Shown: in pieces, positions 47,552-58,906 of the stretch
Numbering within the stretch: position 1 is the first letter of the stretch
How the letters are laid out: each line of letters opens with the position of its first letter
From: an uncultured virus (IMG/VR IMGVR_UViG_3300042503_001397)
Lineage: Duplodnaviria > Heunggongvirae > Uroviricota > Caudoviricetes
IMG/VR virus record: IMGVR_UViG_3300042503_001397
Reading direction: 5' to 3' (one strand)
Length of the DNA: 64,000 bases
The notes under the pieces: generated by a model
The model's database searches: none
Seen by the model: the letters and a program-made list of their open reading frames with translations, nothing else
Told to the model about the DNA's origin: nothing
Translations under genes and position numbers: made by a program

Positions 47552-48487
47552 TTAAAGGTTTGTAAAATTTTGATTGTTTTTGTTTATTACGATTTTGTAT
47601 GCTGACATCAATTGTTTGATTCCGTAATCTAAATCATAAATTGGTTTCCATCCTAATGCTTCTAACTTCTCATTTGATACGATATAATTTCTCTTATCAA
47701 AATCTTCTTTGAAATCATCTTGCTTAATCACTAATGATGGTATGTGTGATTTTATTTTTTCTGCTAATTCTAATTTGCTTAAGTTAGCAGTTGATAAACC
47801 TACATTGAATGCATGCCCTTTACACTTATCGTAGTTTTCAATAATAAATTGGAATGTACGAGCTATGTCTTGAACGTGAATGTAGTTTCTCTTAAAGTGC
47901 GCTTCAAATAATACTAAGTATCCATCTACTACACTCTTATAAACGAAATCGTTTACCAATAAATCAGTTCTCATACGAGGTGATACACCAAATACAGTTG
48001 CTAATCTCAATGATACACCATTTCCTTTTGCCAACATAGTGTTCTCTGCATCACACTTAGTTTTAGCGTAAAGTGATAACGGATTAAATGGCGATTCTTC
48101 GGTGATGATTGAATCCGATGAACCATATTGTGAATTGGTATTAGGTAAGATTAATTTTTGGTCATCTCTTAACACTTCAACAATATCAGCTACTTGTTGA
48201 TAGTTTACAGCTACCGTTAATTCCGGATTAGCTTTACATGCAGGCATTCCTACAATTGCCGCCAATGGAATAATTACATCGTGCAATCCTACCAACTCCT
48301 GTAAAAGTTTTTTATCTCTTACATCTCCTAATTCAAATTGAAATTTAGGATTACCAAATAAATGTAATAAAGTTACTTGGTCATACATTAAATTGTCCAA
48401 TACCGTAACAGTGTAACCTGCTTCTAATAAATGTCTGGTTAAATTTGAACCTAAGTAACCAGCTCCTCCTGTAATTAATACTTTCAT
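47552..48487 (-). CDS. NAD-dependent epimerase/dehydratase
   Basis: TGGAGYLG, YAKTK, RLATVFGVSPRMR. Confidence 0.9.
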   Translation of the reverse strand: MKVLITGGAGYLGSNLTRHLLEAGYTVTVLDNLMYDQVTLLHLFGNPKFQFELGDVRDKKLLQELVGLHDVIIPLAAIVGMPACKANPELTVAVNYQQVADIVEVLRDDQKLILPNTNSQYGSSDSIITEESPFNPLSLYAKTKCDAENTMLAKGNGVSLRLATVFGVSPRMRTDLLVNDFVYKSVVDGYLVLFEAHFKRNYIHVQDIARTFQFIIENYDKCKGHAFNVGLSTANLSKLELAEKIKSHIPSLVIKQDDFKEDFDKRNYIVSNEKLEALGWKPIYDLDYGIKQLMSAYKIVINKNNQNFTNL

Positions 48488-49458
48488 ACTCTTTGTTTTA
48501 TATCGTTATATACTATTGTTAATCCATCTCTTAAAGATGTTTGTGCTTCCCAACCTAATTCTTTTTTTGCTAAACTACAATCACACCATTGTCCCCAAAT
48601 GACTGTGTTCTTTGTTGTATCCCATTCAATGTTAATATCCTTACCACTAATTTCTACAACAGTGTTTGCTATATCTTCAATGGTACATCTTTCACCCTTA
48701 CCAACATTATATGGTCCAACGATTTGTTTCGTATCCATTGCTTCAATCATTTTATCAATACAATCTAATGCATCTTCAATGAAACAATAAGAACGTGTTT
48801 CCTTCCCAGTTCCCCATACACTAAATGGTACTTCAGGATATTTGATTGCTCTATGTGAAAATACAGGAATAACCGAACCACTCTCTAACTTAAAGTCCTG
48901 ATTTGGTCCGTAGATTCCAATGAATCTTGCTATTGCTACTTTCATCCAATCATTCTCAACTACTGCTGATTCAATAGCTTTCTCACCAATCAACTTTGCC
49001 CAACCATATGTTAGTTCGGGATTAGCTGGGTAAGCATCTGATTCTTTAATCATTGGAGAATCTGCTATTGTTTGTAACTCCTTTGGATAGATGTGTGCTG
49101 ATGATGCGTAGAAATATGTATCTATTTTATTTTCAATAATACCTCTCAATACATTACTATCCATTTTCATATTTGAGTTCATCACATCATATGGTTTGGA
49201 TAGATATGTTCCAATACCACCTACTTTAGATGCCAAATGAATTACCATATCTTTATCTTTGAACAAATGACTTACTTGCTCATAATTGGTTAAATCATAG
49301 TAAACTAATTTTATGTTTGATTTAACTTCTTCTAAAAATTCAGCCTTACCTCTTTCCAAATTATCGATTACCGTAACTTCATATCCTTGCTTAACTAATC
49401 TCTTAACTAAATGAGAACCTATGAATCCAGCACCGCCTGTAACTAATATTTTTTTCAT
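48484..49458 (-). CDS. NAD-dependent epimerase (GDP-mannose 3,5-epimerase-like)
   Basis: TGGAGFIG, YASSA.IYP, ESDAYPA.P, YGWAK. Confidence 0.85.
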   Translation of the reverse strand: MKKILVTGGAGFIGSHLVKRLVKQGYEVTVIDNLERGKAEFLEEVKSNIKLVYYDLTNYEQVSHLFKDKDMVIHLASKVGGIGTYLSKPYDVMNSNMKMDSNVLRGIIENKIDTYFYASSAHIYPKELQTIADSPMIKESDAYPANPELTYGWAKLIGEKAIESAVVENDWMKVAIARFIGIYGPNQDFKLESGSVIPVFSHRAIKYPEVPFSVWGTGKETRSYCFIEDALDCIDKMIEAMDTKQIVGPYNVGKGERCTIEDIANTVVEISGKDINIEWDTTKNTVIWGQWCDCSLAKKELGWEAQTSLRDGLTIVYNDIKQRV

Positions 49459-49463
49459 ATGTT

Positions 49464-50165
49464 TTATTTTGCGAAAAACATTCCGTAGTTTACACGTCTT
49501 TCTGGGTTAATTAATTTATCCAATTCCAAATCTTCTAAAGTATAAAAGTTATTAGGATATTGTAAATATGGGTCTCCCTTATCGGAGAAAGTTACCTTTT
49601 CAAAAATATTACCTTCTTCAAAATATCCAATAACACCAAATTGATTGTATCCAATACTTTGTAAGTGTTCTAATATTTTATATAAGTTATCCTTTTCTTC
49701 TTCATGCCATTCAAAACAAATATCATTAGCTTTTTGTGTCAATCCACTTAATACATTATATTCATATCCCTCAACATCAATCTTAATTAAATCAGGCATA
49801 CCATATCTTTCAATCATAGCATCAAGCGTTGTTGATTGAACTTTAATAGGAGCTGCCCATTTAGTTGAATTTTCTTCAATATATTTACTACCTTTAGTAA
49901 ATCTAGAGTTTTCCATAAATTGAGTTGATGCGGTAGAAATTCCAGATGCGTTTGGATTTATATAAAAATCCAATTGCTCACCGTCTCTATCCGAAACTAA
50001 ATTATTAAGTAAGGAAAAGTTGTAGTTTGTAAAAAAATGTTGAGATACAGAATTAACCAAATTTGGATTTGCTTCCACAGCTATTACATTACAATCTTTG
50101 TATTTGTTGAAACATGTTTGTGTAAACTCCCCAACATTAAACCCGATATCAAATATTAAATTCAT
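49464..50165 (-). CDS. FkbM-family methyltransferase
   Basis: FDIGFNVG, VEANP, KIDVEGYE. Confidence 0.85.
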   Translation of the reverse strand: MNLIFDIGFNVGEFTQTCFNKYKDCNVIAVEANPNLVNSVSQHFFTNYNFSLLNNLVSDRDGEQLDFYINPNASGISTASTQFMENSRFTKGSKYIEENSTKWAAPIKVQSTTLDAMIERYGMPDLIKIDVEGYEYNVLSGLTQKANDICFEWHEEEKDNLYKILEHLQSIGYNQFGVIGYFEEGNIFEKVTFSDKGDPYLQYPNNFYTLEDLELDKLINPERRVNYGMFFAK

Positions 50166-50176
50166 ATTTTTGTTTT

Positions 50177-51124
50177 TTATTTTCTAAAAGTGTTTTTATT
50201 TTGCTTAAACCAATCTATTGTTATTTTTAAACCATCTATTAACGTAGTATCGGGAACATATCCATATGTTTCTTTGAACTTAGTCATATCATAGAATCTT
50301 CTTGGTTGTCCATCGGGTCTATCCGAATTCCAAACTATGTTTCCATTATATTCAGTTAATTGAGCTATTGTTTCAACTAATTCTTTAACAGTCGATTCAA
50401 CACCAGTTCCCAAATTAAAAGGACCTGATTCTTTACAATCAACCGAATCTATAATTGCTTTCACTGCATCATCTACATAAAGAAATTCTCTAGTTGCTTT
50501 TCCTGTTCCCCAAACTTCAACACTATCAGAATTATTATCTTTAGCTTCTATAAATTTTCTAATTAAAGCAGGTACAACATGAGATGCTTCTAAATTAAAA
50601 TTATCTTCAGGTCCATATAAATTTGCTGGAAGTAATATTGTTGAATCAAATCCGTATTGCTCTCTATATGCCCAACTTTGTATGATTAAGTTTTTCTTAG
50701 CCAATGAATACCCATATGAATTTTCATCAGGCAATCCATTCCAAAAACCTTCTTCGGTAAATGGTACAGGTAAGTTTTTAGGGTAACCGCATCCAGCTGC
50801 TAATGATACAAACTTCTCAACACCGTTTAGGTATGAATTATGCATCAATAACACGCCCATCATTATATTCTCATAAAAGAATTCAGCCGGTTTAGCTTTA
50901 TTAATTGCAACTCCACCAACCTTTCCAGCTAAGTGTAGTACTATTTCTGGTTTGTGTAATTGTAAAAATCCTTTTACATCTCCTTCTTTTGTTAAATTAA
51001 CTTCCGTTGATGTTGGTGTTAATAAATTATCAGCTCCCATCTCTTTCAATGTTCTAACTAATGCTTTACCAACAAATCCATTAGCCCCAGTAATTAATAT
51101 TTTTTTATTTATCCAATTTTTCAT
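50177..51124 (-). CDS. GDP-L-fucose synthase family
   Basis: HLAGKVGG, YSLAK, PANLYGP.DNF..SHVVPALIRK, WGTG.ATREFL, PDGQPRR. Confidence 0.88.
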   Translation of the reverse strand: MKNWINKKILITGANGFVGKALVRTLKEMGADNLLTPTSTEVNLTKEGDVKGFLQLHKPEIVLHLAGKVGGVAINKAKPAEFFYENIMMGVLLMHNSYLNGVEKFVSLAAGCGYPKNLPVPFTEEGFWNGLPDENSYGYSLAKKNLIIQSWAYREQYGFDSTILLPANLYGPEDNFNLEASHVVPALIRKFIEAKDNNSDSVEVWGTGKATREFLYVDDAVKAIIDSVDCKESGPFNLGTGVESTVKELVETIAQLTEYNGNIVWNSDRPDGQPRRFYDMTKFKETYGYVPDTTLIDGLKITIDWFKQNKNTFRK

Positions 51125-51129
51125 TTTTG

Positions 51130-51759
51130 TTATTTTATTTTTTTAGATGTGAAATATAAAGAACCACCACATTCTCTTAACTTATTGTTAAAGCAATATG
51201 GTTCAAATGTTAATCCATTTTCCTTAAATTTATCTTCCCAAAATTCATATGGAAACGCAGATGGGTGATGTTCAGATTGATGTGTAGAAATACTTCCTAT
51301 AAAAATACCATCATCACTTAAATGATTCATTGCATTGGTAAAATAGTTATTAAGATTATTTGGAAATATATGTTCAATATTTTCCCAAGTACTTATACAA
51401 TCAAATTTAACAATGATTTCTTCATCTGAAATGGTGTATGGTTCGCCAGCATCTGCCAAAAAGAAATTCTTATTATAATAAGATTTCCAATTATGATGTC
51501 CGGCTGCTGCTTCGTTAGTTAAAACGTGGTCTACTCCATCTATTCCATAAGCATTATGTCCTTTGGTAAAACAATCAACTATAAATTGTCCACCAGCACA
51601 TCCTATATCTAAAATGTACAATCCGTCTGTTCTATTAAAATATTTTTCAATTTCTTCTATTAAACCAGCGTTTGTATGATTATCAGCTACATTTCCAATT
51701 GGATTTGTATAATCAAAGCTTTCATATACTATTTGTTTTTTTGTTTTTATTTTTATCAT
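51130..51759 (-). CDS. Class I SAM methyltransferase
   Basis: LDIGCAGG, FDCISTWENIEH. Confidence 0.82.
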   Translation of the reverse strand: MIKIKTKKQIVYESFDYTNPIGNVADNHTNAGLIEEIEKYFNRTDGLYILDIGCAGGQFIVDCFTKGHNAYGIDGVDHVLTNEAAAGHHNWKSYYNKNFFLADAGEPYTISDEEIIVKFDCISTWENIEHIFPNNLNNYFTNAMNHLSDDGIFIGSISTHQSEHHPSAFPYEFWEDKFKENGLTFEPYCFNNKLRECGGSLYFTSKKIK

Positions 51760-51764
51760 ATTTT

Positions 51765-52523
51765 TTATTTTTTTGTGAAGTAAAATGAAGGTTTGCCACC
51801 ATCTTTACAATTTAAATTTATATCAAATTCATCCAATCCAGTTAAATTTAATTCTAGTTTATTCATAACAATAAATTCATTAACAGAATGATAGACACCT
51901 GGCCAATCGTTTAAATCATAATCATGTCCAGACAATATACCACCTATTTTTAATTTTTTATACCATGCATTTAAATCAGATTTTACAGAATTATAATCAT
52001 GTGCACCATCAATATAAACAAAATCCAAACTAGCATCTTCAAACATCTCACTAGCGGATGGTGAATATGCCTTTATCATTTCACATCTTTCACCAAATGG
52101 TTCTAATATACTTTTACAAGTTTCGTATATTTCTTTAGCTAGCCAATCGTATTTTTTTAAAAATATATCAACTTTAGTATTATTAATATTTTTATAAATG
52201 TAATTATAAATAAATGATGTAATTAATGAAGGTTTTGTTTGAATTGATAATACATATTCCATATCACTATCGGATAAGATATTTAAAAATCTTATAAAAA
52301 ATACATTATTAGTTAAATTTTTTTCTAGTATTTCATCGATAGTAGCTCCCAATTCAGCGTTACGTTCCCAAGGGTCAATAGCGTATAGTTTTTTAATTGA
52401 TGTATTATCTAATATAAATTTACTAAAATATCCATCTCTTACACCAACCTCAACGGCTAATTCAGCTTTAGTTTTATTAAGATGTAAAATTAATTCCCTT
52501 CTGTTTTTAAATTGTGCACTCAT
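51765..52523 (-). CDS. Methyltransferase (Methyltransf_24-like)
   Basis: VEVGV..G, DFVYIDGAHDY, GGILSGHDY. Confidence 0.85.
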   Translation of the reverse strand: MSAQFKNRRELILHLNKTKAELAVEVGVRDGYFSKFILDNTSIKKLYAIDPWERNAELGATIDEILEKNLTNNVFFIRFLNILSDSDMEYVLSIQTKPSLITSFIYNYIYKNINNTKVDIFLKKYDWLAKEIYETCKSILEPFGERCEMIKAYSPSASEMFEDASLDFVYIDGAHDYNSVKSDLNAWYKKLKIGGILSGHDYDLNDWPGVYHSVNEFIVMNKLELNLTGLDEFDINLNCKDGGKPSFYFTKK

Positions 52524-52524
52524 A

Positions 52525-53475
52525 CTATTTAATTAAATGTTTATTTTCGTTATACCAATCGATTGTTTTTCTAAGATTGTTTTCTAATGTATCAGGCATA
52601 ATAGTATCCATCCACCCAAATTTTTCTTTTGCCAAAGATATGTTTAATACCTTATGCTTAACACCTACAAATCTATTTGTATTATAGAATATATTTCCAT
52701 CATATCCAACCAACACTTTTATAGTTTCTGCTAAATCTCTAATTGTAGTTGTCGAACCAGTTCCTATATTAATCAAATCACCATCGTAATCAATAACTGC
52801 CAAAAGTGCTTTAATTTGGTCTTCAATGTAAATTAATTCTCTAGTCTGAGTACCGTCTCCCCACACTTCAACTTCAGGTACGTTATTATCTTTAGCTTCA
52901 ACAAACTTTCTAACCAAAGCAGATACAACGTGAGCTTTTTCTCTATCAAATGAATCGTGTGGACCGTATAGTGTTGCAAACACTACCGTTGTTCCTTTCA
53001 ATCCGTATTGGTCTTTATATGCACCAATTCCAGTTGTCATCACCTTCTTTGTTAATCCATACACATCAACCGATTCGTGCATAGGTCCGTTCCAATAATC
53101 ACCTTCATGCAATTCTTCAATTGCACCAGGATAAGAACAAGAACTACCAATACCAATAAACTTTGCCTGTGGTTGGTATTTATTCCAACATGCTAATGTA
53201 TTTGCATGTATTTTACAATTTGTATCAAATTGTTCAGCTTTGTGCCTTAATGGCCAATCACCAGCACCCTGCAATACAGCTGCGTGTATTATATAATCAT
53301 ATGTTTTATTAAAATCGGTGAATGCTCTTTCCGATTCTGATACAATTGATAAATCATATGAAGAACCAAAATAATCTGCTTCTCCACCATTATCAATAAC
53401 ATATTTAACTAAATTCTTACCTAAAAATCCAGTTCCACCAGTTACTAAAAACTTTTTTCCTTTTACTATTTCCAT
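52525..53475 (-). CDS. Second GDP-fucose synthase-like epimerase/reductase
   Basis: TGGTGFLG, GSSCSYP, YGLTK, AHVVSALVRK, WGDGTQTRE. Confidence 0.85.
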   Translation of the reverse strand: MEIVKGKKFLVTGGTGFLGKNLVKYVIDNGGEADYFGSSYDLSIVSESERAFTDFNKTYDYIIHAAVLQGAGDWPLRHKAEQFDTNCKIHANTLACWNKYQPQAKFIGIGSSCSYPGAIEELHEGDYWNGPMHESVDVYGLTKKVMTTGIGAYKDQYGLKGTTVVFATLYGPHDSFDREKAHVVSALVRKFVEAKDNNVPEVEVWGDGTQTRELIYIEDQIKALLAVIDYDGDLINIGTGSTTTIRDLAETIKVLVGYDGNIFYNTNRFVGVKHKVLNISLAKEKFGWMDTIMPDTLENNLRKTIDWYNENKHLIK

Positions 53476-54407
53476 TTTTTATTGTTTTTTATATGTTCGT
53501 ATAAATTTTTTGATTTATAATTTAAACTTTTGTTATAAGCGTTTTCAATCATCTGCTCATAATCTTTGTAGTTATGTAATATATCCCTAATCAAACCTTC
53601 TAATTCACTATTATCATTGAAGTAAATAAAATCAACATTTGGTTCATAATAGTATTCTATTAAATTCCAATAATCTCTTTTACATAAAATCAAAGTCCTA
53701 CTAAATGCTGATTCATGTACTCTTTGTTTAAATTGAGGTGCTCTACCCCAATCATCCATATACGCAAATGCCTCATTTTCCCACCACTTATCATATTGTT
53801 TAATACCATGTTGGTGATGCGGCTGAAAATGTAACATATTGTAACAAACTGATATTTTTGTTTTGGCAACTATATCTAATTTTTCTTTAAATGATACATT
53901 AAAATCGGTTGGTGCAAATGGAGGTGCATAATTTTGTTGTGATATAAATCTATAATTAAATTTACTTATTTGTTGTAAACACTCAGCATGGTCTATACCA
54001 TGTATTCCACCAAAGTAAACAACATCATAAATTTTTTCTTGTCTTTCTGGAATTACATCATCACCAAACGGATAAAATATAGCTTCATGCTTTTCGTCAC
54101 CAAGCATTGTATTCATCCATTTAGCCGAATATGGACATATTGTATATACTTTAGTAAAATACTTAGTTTGTTGTAATGCATCTTCTCCTATTTCATTTTG
54201 AGGAAATACAAATTCACAAGGTTGCCATAGATTTAAAAGTTTTCTACTTTCAAAATCTTTGTATTTGTTTTGAATATCAAAATTCCAAGTGCAGTTTATT
54301 CCTTGCATCAATACATCGTTTGTACTTGGTACTTCATGCTTATCTAAATTTAGATAAAAATTAACACCATCAGGAGTTTCACCTGCCATGTCTTTTACTA
54401 TTAACAT
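53466..54407 (-). CDS. Putative GT-B glycosyltransferase
   Basis: KIYDVVYFG, KISVCYN, KQRVHE, YYEPNVDFIYF. Confidence 0.65.
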   Translation of the reverse strand: MLIVKDMAGETPDGVNFYLNLDKHEVPSTNDVLMQGINCTWNFDIQNKYKDFESRKLLNLWQPCEFVFPQNEIGEDALQQTKYFTKVYTICPYSAKWMNTMLGDEKHEAIFYPFGDDVIPERQEKIYDVVYFGGIHGIDHAECLQQISKFNYRFISQQNYAPPFAPTDFNVSFKEKLDIVAKTKISVCYNMLHFQPHHQHGIKQYDKWWENEAFAYMDDWGRAPQFKQRVHESAFSRTLILCKRDYWNLIEYYYEPNVDFIYFNDNSELEGLIRDILHNYKDYEQMIENAYNKSLNYKSKNLYEHIKNNKKWK

Positions 54408-55258
54408 AATATAAATTGTTTTGGATAAAATTTTTCTCTTTTTAAAGTTGGAGAATCCGGAGAATAATACTCAGGAGCAACTACTATTTTATTTTGATTT
54501 GGATTAACATATGCAGCCCACCATCCGAAACTACTAGCGTGCGAAAGTATGTTGTGGTCACATAACATAATTCTACAAAAATCATCTATTTGTGGTTGCC
54601 CTTCGGAAAACAAAAACTCATCTCCTTTAAAGAAGTTTTTACACCACTCCACATCAGTCGAGTTATCTTCGTTGAATCTCTGTCCACCAGTGAATACTAA
54701 AAACTTTACATTTTTACCCTCAAATACTTTTTTTGCTTTTGTAAAATATTGCTCATATAAACCACCAGGATTAAATGCTTCTATAAGTTCAGTTTGCCCA
54801 TTAGTCATATTATCACCTCTCCTAACGTGAACACTTACTATTTCACAATTATACTTATCTTTCAAAGATTGGATATATTGCTTACCATTATTTAGATATT
54901 CATCTTTAGGAGTCAGTTCTTTTTTAATTTGAGATTCAATATGTTCAAAATAAAATGTACTTTGAAAGAATCCCTCCAATGTTGTGTTATCTGGAACATT
55001 GAAGAAATTATCATCATACTTTTGCCACGTTGGTTCTTCGTATAAATTTTGCAAAGTATTCATATCTTCTTGAGTTGCATATTCACATTCTATATTAAAT
55101 TTATCTAATAATGAAACTTGCCCATGCCAACTCATTGTTTGTGGATTTGGTATCTTAGCTATGTATCCGTTTTTCAAAGCCAACCCTTTTAAAGCTGCGT
55201 ATTGAAATAATTGATTTCCCAATCTACCTAATTCTCCTAATTTATGAAATGTTATCAT
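54401..55258 (-). CDS. Alpha-1,2-fucosyltransferase (GT11)
   Basis: GRLGNQLFQYA, VHVRRGD, SSFGWWAAY. Confidence 0.9.
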   Translation of the reverse strand: MITFHKLGELGRLGNQLFQYAALKGLALKNGYIAKIPNPQTMSWHGQVSLLDKFNIECEYATQEDMNTLQNLYEEPTWQKYDDNFFNVPDNTTLEGFFQSTFYFEHIESQIKKELTPKDEYLNNGKQYIQSLKDKYNCEIVSVHVRRGDNMTNGQTELIEAFNPGGLYEQYFTKAKKVFEGKNVKFLVFTGGQRFNEDNSTDVEWCKNFFKGDEFLFSEGQPQIDDFCRIMLCDHNILSHASSFGWWAAYVNPNQNKIVVAPEYYSPDSPTLKREKFYPKQFILC

Positions 55259-57090
55259 TTTAAAAGTTTTTTAAAAAATTGATTATATTTAGTTACCACC
55301 ATTTCTTCTGAATTAAATTGCTTAACATACTCCAAATCCATATGATAGTTTTTATTGTAAAGAATATCATATAATTTAGATGCATATTCTTCTGTACCAT
55401 CTACTATGTATCCATTCTTTCCATCGTTTACCAAATCAGCGGCAATGTTAGTTGGAAATGAAACTAATGGTGTATTGTTTTTAATACATTCGGTAGCCAT
55501 CATCGGCCCAGCATCTGCTAAAGTTGTTAGAGCAAATACATCTACATTTTTGTAAACTTTAGATAACTCTTTTCTATTTGGAATTACTCCCAAATATTCA
55601 ACCTCAAATTTAGTATCTATATTCGATTTAGGACCAATCGTCTTAATTAAAATATCATTTGGATTATCACACATTTTATAAAGCCAATCTAATATATTTT
55701 CAAAATACTCTTTTCCTTTCCTAGTAGTTTCAGGCTGCGTAGTTCCCCATAATATAGTTTTTCTACTTCCCGTTTGCTTTTCAGTATTATCTACTTCAAT
55801 CTCATCAAATGGAAATGGTATAAATTCATATGGTATATTCGATAGCTTACTTTTTAAATGTACATTCAATGAATGAGTAGAACCAACTATAATATAAGAT
55901 TCAACCGAATTGTATAATTCCACACGCTTATCTATAAATACACCATCAAACAAACCATCTAATTCAGGATATTCTGATTTGTTACCATACATCCAATGTG
56001 TCATTGTTATGTTTACCAATTTACTATCATTGGTTTGACATATGTTTTTTATTAAATTTTCGGGTAAATCATTACCAGAAGCGATTAATATTTTATGCTT
56101 TGGTATTTCATTCAATAGATATGGTATATTTTGCTGACATGGTTCTATGTAAGATAGAAAATCAGTTTCATCAACTTTATTTTTACTTTTAGTAAAATCA
56201 AAAACAGGCAAAACTTTAACTCTTACATTATCAAGCTTTTTTAATATCTTATAAAGAATATAGCTACCACTAACAGAATCTCCATAATCAATATCACCAC
56301 ATACATACAAAACATCACAATATGTTTCTTTTCTTATTTTCCTATATCCAATATACGAATGTAAAAATTTAAAGTCAAAGAAAGAATACAAATTTATTAC
56401 AGGCAAATTATTTGAACTTATAAGAGCAGTTGCTGTAATTACATTTTTTTGCTTAAGAAACTGAAATATTCTATACCAAAAACTATATGATAGATGTGCG
56501 TATTTAGAATTAACTCCTCCCAATTCTAAATTACAAGTGTTAGTAGTATCATCTATTTTGAATGCCATAAATGAGAATACAACACCATCAATTTCTCCAA
56601 CAAATAAATTTGATTTTTTCTTCAAATCATCAATCCAATTTGAGTTTCTTGATTTAGCCAAATCTTTTGATATTTTTGGGTCTTCAAAAAATCTACCATG
56701 ATTAAAATTATTTGATGAAATATCCTTAATAGTATCGATATCATTATCAGTAGCCTCTCTTAAAATAAAATTAAACTTTTCAAGTATTTTATTTTCTTTT
56801 AAAGTTTTCAAATTGTTTGAAACTAATAAACTACTTTCTATGTTTATATAGTTGGATGCTTCTAAAACTTGCTTTATCAAACTATCAGTTGGTTGTATTC
56901 TCAATGATGTATATACTACATTATTTTCTTTACAATATAAATCAAATTTATCAATTAATTGTATTCCACTTTCTAAAGAATCTACGCATATTTCATAGAT
57001 TTCATTAGTTTCATTATTAAAAACTTTTGAATTCCAATCTGTCTTTTCAAAGAAAAGGTAATTATTATTATCTATCTCTATTTTTTGCAT
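55255..57090 (-). CDS. GNAT acyltransferase (WecD-like) fused to a GT4 glycosyltransferase
   Basis: GRFFEDPKI, NLPVINLY; RKG, DAGPMMATE, GKNGYIV. Confidence 0.7.
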   Translation of the reverse strand: MQKIEIDNNNYLFFEKTDWNSKVFNNETNEIYEICVDSLESGIQLIDKFDLYCKENNVVYTSLRIQPTDSLIKQVLEASNYINIESSLLVSNNLKTLKENKILEKFNFILREATDNDIDTIKDISSNNFNHGRFFEDPKISKDLAKSRNSNWIDDLKKKSNLFVGEIDGVVFSFMAFKIDDTTNTCNLELGGVNSKYAHLSYSFWYRIFQFLKQKNVITATALISSNNLPVINLYSFFDFKFLHSYIGYRKIRKETYCDVLYVCGDIDYGDSVSGSYILYKILKKLDNVRVKVLPVFDFTKSKNKVDETDFLSYIEPCQQNIPYLLNEIPKHKILIASGNDLPENLIKNICQTNDSKLVNITMTHWMYGNKSEYPELDGLFDGVFIDKRVELYNSVESYIIVGSTHSLNVHLKSKLSNIPYEFIPFPFDEIEVDNTEKQTGSRKTILWGTTQPETTRKGKEYFENILDWLYKMCDNPNDILIKTIGPKSNIDTKFEVEYLGVIPNRKELSKVYKNVDVFALTTLADAGPMMATECIKNNTPLVSFPTNIAADLVNDGKNGYIVDGTEEYASKLYDILYNKNYHMDLEYVKQFNSEEMVVTKYNQFFKKLLK

Positions 57091-57096
57091 AATATA

Positions 57097-57813
57097 TTAT
57101 ATTGTACCAGAATCTACGTTTATTAATTGACCTGTTATTGAATTAGAATTATCTGATATTAAAAACTCTATTGTGTTTGCTACCGATATCATGTCCGTTG
57201 GCTTTTTTAAAGAAGTTCTATTATAAATTCTATCTTTTTGCTCATTGGTTAATGTACTACTCATATCAGTTTCCATAAAACCGGCTACAATACAATTTGA
57301 ACGAATTCCCTTTCTACCCCACTCTCTAGCAGTATTTTTTGAAAATGCTTCTAAAGAACCTTTTGTGGATGCGTACATTGATAATCCATTATATCCAGTG
57401 TGAACACTTATGCTAGATATGTGTACAATAGAACCCATAATTTTATTATATATCATATTTCTAATCACAAACTTTGTTATGATAAATGGAGAAAATACAT
57501 TCACATCATACATTAATTTTAGCTTATCAATATCCATATTAGTTATAATATCATCATATGCAATAGCTGCGTTATTTATGAATCCATGTAAAGGAATAGA
57601 GTTACCAATTTCACTTTTTAACAAAGCTTCCACATCAGCACAATTTTGTAAATCTAATTCAATATGTTTAAAGTTTGGATAGTTTGCTAATTCAGTATGT
57701 GCAGTTCTACCAATACCATATACATTATAACCACTATCTAATAAAATTTTAGCAGTTTTAAATCCCAACCCTCTGGATATGCCTGTTATTAATATATTTT
57801 TATTTTCTTTCAA
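57097..57813 (-). CDS. SDR 3-oxoacyl-ACP reductase-like
   Basis: TGISRGLG, NNAA, YASTK, GFMETDM. Confidence 0.88.
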   Translation of the reverse strand: MKENKNILITGISRGLGFKTAKILLDSGYNVYGIGRTAHTELANYPNFKHIELDLQNCADVEALLKSEIGNSIPLHGFINNAAIAYDDIITNMDIDKLKLMYDVNVFSPFIITKFVIRNMIYNKIMGSIVHISSISVHTGYNGLSMYASTKGSLEAFSKNTAREWGRKGIRSNCIVAGFMETDMSSTLTNEQKDRIYNRTSLKKPTDMISVANTIEFLISDNSNSITGQLINVDSGTI

Positions 57814-58906
57814 TTTTTCCGTTTTCAGTTATTTTAATTTCATCAACTATGTTTATCTTAGTTGGTACTTCGTAATCGTTCAATATTTTTTTAATATCTG
57901 ATTTAATATCTACCACATTTTTAGAATATTGAGATTTTATTACAACATCACATACAATTATAGTTCCAAGTATAGAATTACTTTTTGAATACACATTACA
58001 TAACTTAATATATTCTATACCACCAATTACATTTTCAATATAAATTGGATTTACCTGATAACCACCTATGTTTAATAAACTACCTTCTCTACCAACTATT
58101 TTAAATTTATCATCGCCAACCATTTCAATTAAATCACCCGTATCATACCAATCCCCATCTATCTTTATATCATTTGATTTACCTACTAAACTTATATTAA
58201 CTTTTAATTTACCATCAGATAAATTTATTAATGATTTATATTTTTCAGGTATTATAAAGCTATCTCCATCAGTTGCAAATAAAGAACTAAGTTCAGTAGA
58301 TGCATATATGTTTTTTACTTTAGCATTTGGAAATCTTTTTTTAATTTCAGATTGTAATTCTACAGTAGAACCCTCTCCGCCAAATGATATTTGCTTTACA
58401 TTTGAATAATCAATACCTTCCGATGTAAGTAATTTATAAAATGTAGGAGTTGCTGATATATGGCTGATTTCGTATTTTATAATTCTATCAGATGCTTCCT
58501 TAAAGTCACATTTAAATAAATTTACTAAAGTATTACCATTTAAAAGTGCCTGCAACAATACTTGATAACCTGCCATTTTATTTGGATTATAAGTAAATGC
58601 CCATATATCGTTAAATCTATTTTCTGATATTTTTATGTTTCTTGTTATAGATTCAAATGTATGAGTTATTGTTTTAGGAAAGCCTGTTGTTCCAGAAGTT
58701 TCCAATACTATATTTTTATTTTTACTTTTTAAAGCGTCAATTAATTCAGAGTAGTTTAATACATTTCCATCTAATAGATTTTTTATCTTATCAACTATTA
58801 ATGATTGAAATTCTGACAAATTTACTTCAATAGATTTGTTATTTACTAACAGAATCAAATCATTATAAGTTATAATTTCAGTATCTATCAAAAATGGCTT
58901 ATGCAT
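57800..58906 (-). CDS. AMP-dependent acyl-ACP/CoA ligase
   Basis: TSGTTGFPK, GGE, YASTE, TGD, GR, NGKI. Confidence 0.85.
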   Translation of the reverse strand: MHKPFLIDTEIITYNDLILLVNNKSIEVNLSEFQSLIVDKIKNLLDGNVLNYSELIDALKSKNKNIVLETSGTTGFPKTITHTFESITRNIKISENRFNDIWAFTYNPNKMAGYQVLLQALLNGNTLVNLFKCDFKEASDRIIKYEISHISATPTFYKLLTSEGIDYSNVKQISFGGEGSTVELQSEIKKRFPNAKVKNIYASTELSSLFATDGDSFIIPEKYKSLINLSDGKLKVNISLVGKSNDIKIDGDWYDTGDLIEMVGDDKFKIVGREGSLLNIGGYQVNPIYIENVIGGIEYIKLCNVYSKSNSILGTIIVCDVVIKSQYSKNVVDIKSDIKKILNDYEVPTKINIVDEIKITENGKIERK